From the IMG/VR virus record IMGVR_UViG_3300035670_000233, positions 1 to 59,451 of that record: a DNA stretch of 59,451 nucleotides. One strand, written 5' to 3'. Position numbers and translations under genes: made by a program. This stretch comes from a virus (lineage: Duplodnaviria > Caudoviricetes). Numbering within the stretch: position 1 is the stretch's first letter; every line of letters starts with the position of its first letter. The notes below the pieces were generated by a model, which did no database searches, had not been told where the DNA came from, and saw nothing but the letters and a program-made list of their open reading frames with translations. Positions 24,944 through 34,005 of the stretch are shown piece by piece.

Positions 24944-27631
24944 ATGCCGACAAAAACTGAAGCTATAGCTAAGTGGTTAAGCGTATCCACACACCGCGAT
25001 CTAGCGGATCTGTATAATCCAGACATGGAATGTCAGGTCAATGTAGCCCAGGATGAAGGCGAAAGAATCAGTGGCGAATATCGAGGACGCAAGTGGATCG
25101 GTTGGACAGATGGCATTACAACATGGAAGCCATTTAGAATTCCAAGAAATGCCTCTACCGATCCCGAATATGAAGATTCGGAAATCAAATTTGATCTTGC
25201 CAAACATGCCGAGGGAATAGGTCTTACTGGCTGGGATTGGAAGAATAAGCTTTCAAGGTGGGTAGCTTTCGATTTTGATTCTTTAATCAACCATGGTAAG
25301 GGATTAACTGTTTCTGAGTTGGACGAGATACGAAGAATCGCCTCCGAAGTTGAATGGGTTACGATTCGCAAGTCTACCAGTGGGCGCGGACTACACCTAT
25401 ACATATTCTTAGAGGGTGTAGAGACAGCTAATCATACGGAACATGCCGCTCTTGCTCGCGCGATCCTGGGTACGCTATCGGCTATAACCGGCCACGACTT
25501 CCAAGCTGCCGTTGATTGTTGCGGTGGAAATATGTGGGTGTGGCATCGCAAGATGTCCGGCACCGATGGTCTTACTCTAATCAAACAGGGGTGTGCCTTA
25601 AAACATATTCCCCCAAACTGGAAAGATCATCTTACAGTAGTGTCTGGAAAGCGCCGTAAGAATCTTCCACAGCAGATTGAACAATCGGCCATTGATCCAG
25701 ACATCTTTGAGCAACTGTGCGGTCAGAGAGCTAAGATTCCACTGGATGAGGATCACCAAAAGGTAATTAGCTTTCTAAGAGACAATGATCTTCTTTGGTG
25801 GTGGGATCAGGATCATCATATGTTAGTTACCCACACCGTGCACCTAAAGCGTGCACACGAAGAATTACAGCTTCGTGGATTCTTCGACACTAACAGTCCA
25901 GCTACGAATCTAAATGAACAGAATTGCTTTTGTTTTCCGCTGCGTGGTGGCATATGGGGTGTGCGTAGATACACACTAGGAATCCAAGAACATGAGTCCT
26001 GGGAGCAGGATGGTGCGGGGTGGACTAGGTGTTATCTAAATAAGAAACCTGATCTACGAATCGCTGCACGCGCCGGTGGTGGTGTAGAAGACGACAAGTT
26101 TGGATTCAATTTCCGGGAAGCAGAAGTAATGCAGCAATCAGCTGCCTTGCTTGGCATTGACGTTAGGTTCGGAAAATCTTTCATGGGTAGACCGGCTCGC
26201 ATGTCTGAACATAAGGATGGAAGATTAGTAATTAGCATCGAGCGTAAGGAAACAGACGACGGTTCAGAAATGCCTGGGTGGTTGGCTAAGAAGAAAGAAT
26301 GGGTAAGAATCTTTAATGCCCAGACCTCCGACCCAGTGGAGTCCGAGGTTGGTAACTATGATGACCTAATCCGACATCTAGTTACTGGCGGTGGTGAAGA
26401 CTGTGGCTGGATGATTAAGTCATCTAATCTGTGGCGCGAGGAACCGCTTACGCACGTCAAGCTAGCTCTTGGCTCCCTAGGATTAAAGCAGTCTGAGGCT
26501 AATACCATTCTAGGTCAAAGTGTTACTAATTGCTGGAAGCTTGTATGCAGACCCTTTCAACCGGAATATCCAGGTGATCGAGAATGGAATAGAAAAGCTG
26601 CCCAATTCCGATTTACTCCAACTCTCGACCTAGAGAATCTTTCTTATCCACACTGGGACAAGATATTGAAACACTGTGGAGAGGGACTGGACGAGGCTGT
26701 ACGTAATAATCAATGGGCTAGAAGTAATGGAATAATGACGGGAGCAGACTACCTAAAAGTATGGATTGCTTCTCTATTTCAACACCCGAATGATCCATTA
26801 CCATATCTATTCTTATACAGTGCAGAACAAAATACTGGAAAATCAATTCTGCATGAAGCTCTTAGTCTACTGGTCACTGGTGGATATGTTAGAGCTGATG
26901 CTGCCTTGGTATCACAGGGTGGATTCAATGCAGAGCTTGAGGGCGCAGTAGTCTGTGTTGTGGAAGAACTAGACCTACGCAAGAATACGAGCGCGTACAA
27001 CCGAATTAAGGATTGGGTTACTTCGAGAGAGGTATTAATCCATCCAAAGTTCGCTACTCCCTACCAAGCTCCGAACACAACACACTGGATTCATTGTGCT
27101 AACTCCCACAATGCCTGCCCAGTATTTCCAGGCGATACCCGCATAACTATGATGCGAGTGAAACCGCTCGATCTGATAGAATTGATTCCAAAGAAGAAGT
27201 TTCTGGCTGCTCTTGAAAAGGAAGCACCTGACTTCTTAGCAGCCATTCTAAGTTTGGATATTCCAGACTCGGCTGATCGTCTAAATGTGCCCGTAATCGT
27301 AACGGAAGATAAGCTGGTGGCCGAGCATCTGAACAAATCGCCAGTTGAGCTATTCTTGGAAGAACACTGCAAACCGGTGGAAGGCTGTAAGATTAAATTC
27401 AGTGAATTGTTCGAGCGATTCCAGCAGACTCTTGATGCAAATGATTTTTCGAAATATACCAAGCAGGCGTTTGGTAAAGACCTTCCACCTATGTATCCCA
27501 AGGGTCGATCTACGACGGATGCGCAGCTGTATGTTGGAAATATTGCTTGGAAGACAGACGCTAATCAATACGCTGGTAAATATGTCTTAAAAGACATATA
27601 CCTAGTTAAAAGAGAGGAGGCGCAACTATGA
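24944..27631 (+). CDS. primase-helicase (AEP-type primase plus C-terminal P-loop NTPase)
   Basis: WVAFDFD and RKSTSGRGLHLY primase motifs; EQNTGKS Walker A, VVEE Walker B, CANS...DTR. Confidence 0.85.
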   Translation: MPTKTEAIAKWLSVSTHRDLADLYNPDMECQVNVAQDEGERISGEYRGRKWIGWTDGITTWKPFRIPRNASTDPEYEDSEIKFDLAKHAEGIGLTGWDWKNKLSRWVAFDFDSLINHGKGLTVSELDEIRRIASEVEWVTIRKSTSGRGLHLYIFLEGVETANHTEHAALARAILGTLSAITGHDFQAAVDCCGGNMWVWHRKMSGTDGLTLIKQGCALKHIPPNWKDHLTVVSGKRRKNLPQQIEQSAIDPDIFEQLCGQRAKIPLDEDHQKVISFLRDNDLLWWWDQDHHMLVTHTVHLKRAHEELQLRGFFDTNSPATNLNEQNCFCFPLRGGIWGVRRYTLGIQEHESWEQDGAGWTRCYLNKKPDLRIAARAGGGVEDDKFGFNFREAEVMQQSAALLGIDVRFGKSFMGRPARMSEHKDGRLVISIERKETDDGSEMPGWLAKKKEWVRIFNAQTSDPVESEVGNYDDLIRHLVTGGGEDCGWMIKSSNLWREEPLTHVKLALGSLGLKQSEANTILGQSVTNCWKLVCRPFQPEYPGDREWNRKAAQFRFTPTLDLENLSYPHWDKILKHCGEGLDEAVRNNQWARSNGIMTGADYLKVWIASLFQHPNDPLPYLFLYSAEQNTGKSILHEALSLLVTGGYVRADAALVSQGGFNAELEGAVVCVVEELDLRKNTSAYNRIKDWVTSREVLIHPKFATPYQAPNTTHWIHCANSHNACPVFPGDTRITMMRVKPLDLIELIPKKKFLAALEKEAPDFLAAILSLDIPDSADRLNVPVIVTEDKLVAEHLNKSPVELFLEEHCKPVEGCKIKFSELFERFQQTLDANDFSKYTKQAFGKDLPPMYPKGRSTTDAQLYVGNIAWKTDANQYAGKYVLKDIYLVKREEAQL

Positions 27632-27834
27632 TCTCGGAGATCCTAAAGAAGCTTCCTCAAGATCAGCAAAAAGCGATTCGTGAAGCCTTTGACTCGGAAG
27701 TATCCTTCATGCTCAAGTTAAAGGACGGATACTTTCTAGGAGTGCATCTTCTACCGCATGAAGACTATACGATTATTGAACAGGTTGGTGTTTGGACTTA
27801 CGGGACACTGAAATCTGGAGGACAGATAGCGTGA
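27628..27834 (+). CDS. hypothetical protein
   Basis: ATGA overlap with primase, GAGG RBS. Confidence 0.55.
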   Translation: MISEILKKLPQDQQKAIREAFDSEVSFMLKLKDGYFLGVHLLPHEDYTIIEQVGVWTYGTLKSGGQIA

Positions 27835-28070
27835 GAGTGCTATACAAGAAACGGCCCTATGAAGCCGTCAGAATTAACGGTACGTTAGAGCAAGCTGAAA
27901 GACTCTGCATCGAACTCAAACATAGGGTATGGCCACACTACGATGGCACTAGATTCTTAGAGGGAATAGAAACCGAGCTACAGGAGATTGGCAAGGAAGG
28001 AGAGTGGCTGATTTGGGATCACAAGACAATAATGGTCAAGAAGAATCTTAGAGGATTTAAGCATGAGTGA
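27831..28070 (+). CDS. hypothetical protein
   Basis: GTGA overlap start chosen; YKKRPYEAVR...GEWLI. Confidence 0.5.
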   Translation: MRVLYKKRPYEAVRINGTLEQAERLCIELKHRVWPHYDGTRFLEGIETELQEIGKEGEWLIWDHKTIMVKKNLRGFKHE

Positions 28071-28926
28071 TGCACTTAGTATTCTGGAGGGGCTGGATGC
28101 ATTGGACCGATCCAGTAAGCAAATAATCCGTGCCCCATTTCCTTATGTTGGTGGTAAATCTCGGACGGTCAATAAGATCATAGCCAGATTGCCCCCACAC
28201 ACCACCTATGTTGAACCATTCTGCGGCACAGCAGTAGTGTTGCTGAACAAGCCCGTCTCAAAATTAGAAGTAATCAATGACATGGATTCCGGTATAGTAT
28301 GTTTCTATCGGTGCCTTAGAAACGACGCCCTAAGAGATAGGCTAATCGACTTAATCAGAAACTCTGTACACGCCCGCGAAGAGTGGGTGTTCTGTAAGGA
28401 AACCTGGGAATCAACACCAGATGACGTTGAACGTGCTTTCAAATGGTACTATGTTGTTAATTACTCTTTTGGTGGACTTAGCCGTAATTTTGGTCGCGCA
28501 TTAGTTCCGCGTGGCATATTCGCTGGTAAGATACAATCAAAGATACCAGAATTTCACCCAATAGCTCAACGATTAAAGAACGTTCAGGTAGAGCATATGG
28601 ATGCTTTACAGTGTATCCGTGAATACGACGGAATGGACGTTTTGTTCTATGTAGACCCACCCTACATCGAAGGGGATCAATCCTGCTATAAAGCCAGATT
28701 TGACAAATCAAGACATGTAGAATTACTTGATACTCTTTTTGCCTCGAAGGCAAAACTGGCTGTATCAGGATATCATAATCCGCTGTATGATAAGTATCCG
28801 TGGACAGACTCCTATTCCTTCACGGTTTACCAATCAATTCAGAGCGAAGGCACAGGAACTAAAGTACAGTATGCTGGCGTAGAAGCACGCGGGCACGGAA
28901 AGGAAATGTTATGGGTAAGAGCATGA
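28063..28926 (+). CDS. DNA adenine methyltransferase (Dam/D12 class)
   Basis: PFPYVGGKS, YVEPFCG, EVINDMD, FYVDPPY. Confidence 0.92.
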   Translation: MSDALSILEGLDALDRSSKQIIRAPFPYVGGKSRTVNKIIARLPPHTTYVEPFCGTAVVLLNKPVSKLEVINDMDSGIVCFYRCLRNDALRDRLIDLIRNSVHAREEWVFCKETWESTPDDVERAFKWYYVVNYSFGGLSRNFGRALVPRGIFAGKIQSKIPEFHPIAQRLKNVQVEHMDALQCIREYDGMDVLFYVDPPYIEGDQSCYKARFDKSRHVELLDTLFASKAKLAVSGYHNPLYDKYPWTDSYSFTVYQSIQSEGTGTKVQYAGVEARGHGKEMLWVRA

Positions 28927-29543
28927 TTCATTGGAACGGGGATATGGCCTGCGCTTTCGACACCGAAACCTCAGGCACAGATCCAGATTGGCATGAGATT
29001 GTTCAAATCGCCGCACTTCCGCTGGACTCTAATTTTGATCCACGGAACGATGTAATGCCTTTCTACGTTAACATGAAACCTAACCACCCTGAACGGGTAG
29101 ATCCAAAGGCCCTACGAGTTAGTGGACTTAGTCTTAGTGATCTAATGACCAGAGGACTAGATCAAGAAAGAGCACGCGACCTATTCTTGGAATGGGTTGA
29201 CGGGCTAGGATTACCATACACCCCAGGTGGGTATCGGAAACGGCTAATTCCAGTCGGACACAATTACTTCTTTGATAGAAACTTTATTAGTCGCTGGTTG
29301 GGACAAGAAACCTACGATGAACTAATCAGCCATTTTGCCCGCGACACTATGACAGTTGCGGCCTTCTTGAACGATAATTCTGCGTTCAAGGTTAATCCTC
29401 CACACTTCCAGAAACTAGACCTGCGCTATGTGTGCTCGAAACTAGGCGTAGAGAAATATGATCGCCACGATGCGCTGGAGGACTGTGCTATGGCCGCTAG
29501 AGCCTACAAAGCCCTGGTCTCTAAGGGCGAATGGTGTGTGTAA
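28911..29543 (+). CDS. DEDDh 3'-5' exonuclease (DnaQ-like)
   Basis: AFDTETSG...EIVQIA...GHNYFFDRNFI...RDT...HDALEDC. Confidence 0.88.
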   Translation: MGKSMIHWNGDMACAFDTETSGTDPDWHEIVQIAALPLDSNFDPRNDVMPFYVNMKPNHPERVDPKALRVSGLSLSDLMTRGLDQERARDLFLEWVDGLGLPYTPGGYRKRLIPVGHNYFFDRNFISRWLGQETYDELISHFARDTMTVAAFLNDNSAFKVNPPHFQKLDLRYVCSKLGVEKYDRHDALEDCAMAARAYKALVSKGEWCV

Positions 29544-30232
29544 GAGAATCCGGCCTCGGCTATGGCCTGTTCTAGTTTTACGCCATGGCCTATGAATCTT
29601 TGTACCGGTCCCCACTTACGGGGATCGGTACCTAGACATTTAGCGTAGTCTGTATTACCAAACATCCCATCAAAAGCGACTAATCGTACACCAGTGGCTC
29701 CACACATCCTCAATAATCGTACGGCCGCTACTGCTGTTATGCAACTTCCACTACGGACACCAAGATCATGCCTAGTGAACAACATCCGTCTAGGATAGTC
29801 TGCGTACTGGTGGGCTGCACGCACCGAAACAATCAGTGTAGCTTTCTTGGGTCGAGCCTTGCCCTTCAAGAAAGCATCTTGAACCATGCAGAACGTAGGA
29901 TTGTCCAATCCTAGGGATTCCACCTTCACTATCGAATCATTGACTGCAATGATTGGTATATGTGCCTCAAACCACCACGCTTGAATACGATCAAGTGTTG
30001 GTCCTTTGCCCACCAAATAGACTTGCTTGCCGGAGAACACCTCTGTTAGATCGGAGAGATTCTCTTTAGTTAGTGATGGTTTAATCCATCTAAGTTCATT
30101 TGGCAACCTGATTAGTTGACTATCTAAAATCTTTTCTGCCTGAAAATGAGATCGGCTAAGTGCTACGGTCCCATCTGGACATTCAATTAATCTTGTGCCT
30201 TTGATCTTTGCGGGATCGAACAGGTGCTGCAT
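29504..30232 (-). CDS. DUF115/Maf-like putative glycosyltransferase
   Basis: VYLVGKGPTLD...IIAVND...AAVRLLRMCGATGVRLVAFDG; start moved to MQHL. Confidence 0.6.
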   Translation of the reverse strand: MQHLFDPAKIKGTRLIECPDGTVALSRSHFQAEKILDSQLIRLPNELRWIKPSLTKENLSDLTEVFSGKQVYLVGKGPTLDRIQAWWFEAHIPIIAVNDSIVKVESLGLDNPTFCMVQDAFLKGKARPKKATLIVSVRAAHQYADYPRRMLFTRHDLGVRSGSCITAVAAVRLLRMCGATGVRLVAFDGMFGNTDYAKCLGTDPRKWGPVQRFIGHGVKLEQAIAEAGFSYTHHSPLETRAL

Positions 30233-30477
30233 ATATTCCTCGTAGTCTTGTGTTTGAACTTGTCGCAATAAGCTACCTTCCTAGTACCGCAACAAGAACT
30301 GTACCTATTAATCGTTGATCTGTAGGGGCAAGGAACCATCTTCACTACGAAAACATGCGGATCTTGAGTAGGCTCATATCCCTCCGGACACTCCTTTGGA
30401 GGAGAACTACTCCTGACATAGACTAGGTATGGACCTACTCTACGAGTATTAGGTAAACTCTGAGATACCATGACCAC
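30187..30477 (-). CDS. Cys-rich hypothetical protein
   Basis: CPYR...CCG...C...CSTC. Confidence 0.5.
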   Translation of the reverse strand: MVMVSQSLPNTRRVGPYLVYVRSSSPPKECPEGYEPTQDPHVFVVKMVPCPYRSTINRYSSCCGTRKVAYCDKFKHKTTRNICSTCSIPQRSKAQD

Positions 30478-30854
30478 AGTGTTCCTTGATGCGGTGCTTC
30501 GACCGTTATCTTAATCTGTGTTCCATTAGCGTCAGCCTCACCCTCTACTGTCGCAGAGTCCACCACCCAGCCCGTATCAATCAATACGTTACGGGGTGGA
30601 TATTCCACTACGAATCTATCTGGAACAGCGCCGTGCCCGTCATAGGAAAAGTACCATTTAATCTTTCGTAGAGTTTCTCCAGGCGGGATTTCATTTGCGA
30701 AGTCTAAGTCCCAGACTCGGGCTGCCTCAAGTCTCTCACCTTGACCGTACTCAACGAACATCAAGTCATATTCGTTGCAGCAACACTCCGACATCAACTC
30801 ACCGTTGGGGTGGGTCAGGTGATGTCCGGTAACTTCGCTATAGTAGAGTTGCAT
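30435..30854 (-). CDS. hypothetical tail-associated protein
   Basis: ECCC linker then beta-rich domain; immediately after the large tail gene; start moved to MQLY. Confidence 0.5.
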   Translation of the reverse strand: MQLYYSEVTGHHLTHPNGELMSECCCNEYDLMFVEYGQGERLEAARVWDLDFANEIPPGETLRKIKWYFSYDGHGAVPDRFVVEYPPRNVLIDTGWVVDSATVEGEADANGTQIKITVEAPHQGTLWSWYLRVYLILVE

Positions 30855-30855
30855 A

Positions 30856-33800
30856 TTAGCTAGTCGGTGGACACGGACTTGCACGCAGCAGTTCTTGCCA
30901 ATCCCCGAAGTCAGTAATTCGCATTTCTCCGGTGTTTAATACCCTTAATTTACGGGTTCGATATTGCAGAATCTTTATTGTTCCAGTTGATCCTGTTTCA
31001 GTAGTCTCTTGGAACTCAACCAAAGCCATCAGTTGCTCTGGATTATTTACCGGATCATAGTCAGGATCATAGTTACTATCATCCTCATCGGACGATGGTT
31101 CATATGGATCTTCTTCGACGATAGGTATAGTACCTGACTCCGCCTCAATTTCCTCATCGGGATCGCACTCGCTAGGTGTAGCACTAGCTATGATCTTAAA
31201 GGTATCTGCACCAGCACCACCCACCACTGTTAAGGTAAAAGTATCCTCACCACCAGTAAGTGTTTGCTGTATTCCTTGAGCACCCAGCGTATCTTTGGGG
31301 TCGGTATTGGAACCGATTTTGAAGATAACTACCGTTCCTTCCTTTCCTTCCACAGATACCTCGAATGGCTCTGTTCGTCTTACTTCAACTGGAATACCCG
31401 TAAATCTGACAACTGAGGTAACTAATCCCTCACCTTCTTCTGGAAGGTCTACTGGAATGTCATCAGTCTTATCGGGCTTGATTGTTAAATCACGATCATA
31501 CTCTCCGGTATGCTGGCCGTCTTGATTAAGTCTAGGAATGACTGCTCTAGCAAAGATGTGGACTCGATCCAGTTCTACTGCCGCGGTGATTGTTAGATCG
31601 AAGGTAGAAAGTCCGCCATCAATATAGCGATAGTGTTTTGCTAGATCATGCAGTGGAATGATGCTGTTCCCCTTATATCCAATTACCTCTAATTCAACCC
31701 ACGTCCCCTGTTTGATGGGTGGGGTTTTGGGGGTAGGATCGTCATAGAGTCCTAACTTAAAGATCGAGGGTAGTCCTTGGTAGATGTATGACGGTGTACA
31801 CCGCCATACCAAGTATTTAGTTTCCTTATCGGGATTATTTGGATCTGTTATTCCACCACCAGAAGAATCATCTTCAAGAATTTCGTCGTCATTTTCCAGA
31901 ACCAAGCCATACAATGGGTCTTTGATTGTGCCTAAATCAATACCAGGCACCCACCAGTACAGCGGATTCTCAATGACTGTTCCTGCATTGGCGGCAATCT
32001 CCATTCCTAATTCCACCACTGGAGAATTGGGATCGAGATTAACTGACTCAATTACACCATTGATGCTGTTAGGCCCGATAACTCCATAAAGTACCTCACC
32101 GATGTCGAAAACCTGTAGGTGGGTATTCTTTATGAACGTTTTCAGACTGGCCGTGCGCCACACATTAGAATAACGATAACCCCAAAATCGCACAGATGCT
32201 TTTACACAATCTTCAATATTGTAGATTGTGAACTGGCGAGAGGCTTCGATTAATCCATAGGTACTTATGTTGTTCTTGTACGTGTACTCGTGAGAGGCAT
32301 CCTCGTCCCCAGAGTAATTATGTACCCACGTTCCAGTTAGTTTGGTTACAACTGAATCAAATGAAGATAATCCTAGAACCAGACTGTTCTCTACGGTGGA
32401 ATCCTCATCCAAGAAAACCGAACTCACAGGATTCTTGGAAAGATATCTGATGTAGACGACATCGTTCTCAATCAAAAGGGCACACCTAGCTTGCCAAGCA
32501 ATATCCTCACACAACTGAATAACTTTCTCCTGATCAAAGACAGCGAAACTGGAGGGATAGCTAGCTATGTCCGCAGCCACCGAATTGAACGATGCAGTAT
32601 CCGTAGTTAATCCCGTGGCATAGGTGTCTAAAAGCCACTTGATTATCTTGGCCGTGTTAGATTGCGGTGCCGTGTCATTAGGTTGAGACGACCTTAGAGA
32701 AACAAATACTTCACCGGACCACCCCTGATTATCATACTCATTCAAGGGCTTGGGAAACTTAATAAGCGTGCAATCAATTCCCGTTAAAGCTGTGCCAGAG
32801 GTTACCTCATAATAACTAGAGGGGATTACCGTGTAGACCGTCATTCCTTTGTAGGATCGCTTACCTAGGATTTGTAGAACGGTAGAAGGCAGTAGATTAG
32901 CAACATAGGCATCAAATCGGCTTGCCGAAGTCCAGTGTTTAACTATAGTACCATCAGAAATAGTCCAAGCATCGGTACCAGCGGTCACATCTACCATAAC
33001 AGAAATAGATGGATTCTCCCATGAGGATAACATCACCGCAGAAATTTCGTCTATAGTATCTCCGGTGGTAGCTAATTCATTGGCGGCAAAACTAGCACTG
33101 AGAGTACAGCGAAGTCCATCTTGCTCGATACAGTAGTTGACGTACTTTTCCCCATCAATGGTAGCTAGGAAGTACCTATTTTCAAGGTTAACATAACTTG
33201 ATAGCCACAGAACATTGGAACTATTTTCTCCCACGTCTCCAGATACTCTAGCCCCTATGTTTACGCCCGCTGAGAACTCGGGCTGTGCCATTTTCGTTAC
33301 TGTAAACTTCGTACCTTGAAATGATCCTAAAATCGTAACCCCACTTACCACAATCTCGATGGCCCTACCCTGCGGAAAGGATTCTCCATTATCTACGTAG
33401 AAGGATGTAGTATTTGGTCCAATAGCAGACTGTAGACTACCCTCTATAGCTCCAAGAATCCTTACAGCTGGAACTTTATTAATGGACCCAAAACATAGCG
33501 GCCATGTTACGTCTACAGCCTCGTCCAACAGTCCGGCAAAGTCTCCCTCAGCGGGAGCGTACCCAACTTCGTTGTTGGTGATGAATGTATCTACCGTAAA
33601 GGACAGTGTACGCTCACCTTCCGACCAGGCGATGTCCGAAGTGATTTTACCAATCATCAACAACACATTGTCACTGTGCGAAGACAGTGTTGGATAGTTG
33701 ATGTAGACCTTAGCTACTATGTGCTCCAAGTTGTGCTGATTAAGTAGTTGCCTAAGAGAATCGTCAGTATCATCTAATGTAATACTTACACTAGACACCT

Positions 33801-34005
33801 GAGCGGTAGCCGTCTGTTTTCCTTGGTATTGGACAGACTCAAAGTTAAGGAGTTTACCTTGATAGGTTCTCCCACTAATCGTCCGTGTAGTATAGCTGTA
33901 GTATTGGGTGCCCGATGGCCATGCAATCTCTATGAATGGCGTAAGCTCGGTGCCTAAACGCTTCGCCAATTCTACAGCAGTATTGCTAGGTATTGTTCTA
34001 CTCAT
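30856..34005 (-). CDS. large tail tip/baseplate hub protein
   Basis: ~1050 aa downstream of tape measure and distal-tail genes; WPLCFG, IIKWLL..Y, LCEDIAWQARC pattern; start moved to MSRT. Confidence 0.7.
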   Translation of the reverse strand: MSRTIPSNTAVELAKRLGTELTPFIEIAWPSGTQYYSYTTRTISGRTYQGKLLNFESVQYQGKQTATAQVSSVSITLDDTDDSLRQLLNQHNLEHIVAKVYINYPTLSSHSDNVLLMIGKITSDIAWSEGERTLSFTVDTFITNNEVGYAPAEGDFAGLLDEAVDVTWPLCFGSINKVPAVRILGAIEGSLQSAIGPNTTSFYVDNGESFPQGRAIEIVVSGVTILGSFQGTKFTVTKMAQPEFSAGVNIGARVSGDVGENSSNVLWLSSYVNLENRYFLATIDGEKYVNYCIEQDGLRCTLSASFAANELATTGDTIDEISAVMLSSWENPSISVMVDVTAGTDAWTISDGTIVKHWTSASRFDAYVANLLPSTVLQILGKRSYKGMTVYTVIPSSYYEVTSGTALTGIDCTLIKFPKPLNEYDNQGWSGEVFVSLRSSQPNDTAPQSNTAKIIKWLLDTYATGLTTDTASFNSVAADIASYPSSFAVFDQEKVIQLCEDIAWQARCALLIENDVVYIRYLSKNPVSSVFLDEDSTVENSLVLGLSSFDSVVTKLTGTWVHNYSGDEDASHEYTYKNNISTYGLIEASRQFTIYNIEDCVKASVRFWGYRYSNVWRTASLKTFIKNTHLQVFDIGEVLYGVIGPNSINGVIESVNLDPNSPVVELGMEIAANAGTVIENPLYWWVPGIDLGTIKDPLYGLVLENDDEILEDDSSGGGITDPNNPDKETKYLVWRCTPSYIYQGLPSIFKLGLYDDPTPKTPPIKQGTWVELEVIGYKGNSIIPLHDLAKHYRYIDGGLSTFDLTITAAVELDRVHIFARAVIPRLNQDGQHTGEYDRDLTIKPDKTDDIPVDLPEEGEGLVTSVVRFTGIPVEVRRTEPFEVSVEGKEGTVVIFKIGSNTDPKDTLGAQGIQQTLTGGEDTFTLTVVGGAGADTFKIIASATPSECDPDEEIEAESGTIPIVEEDPYEPSSDEDDSNYDPDYDPVNNPEQLMALVEFQETTETGSTGTIKILQYRTRKLRVLNTGEMRITDFGDWQELLRASPCPPTS

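Noticed and set aside
17157-27631. Inteins or introns in polymerase, helicase or primase
   Set aside because: ORFs are uninterrupted, of normal size, and show no intein splice-junction or LAGLIDADG motifs
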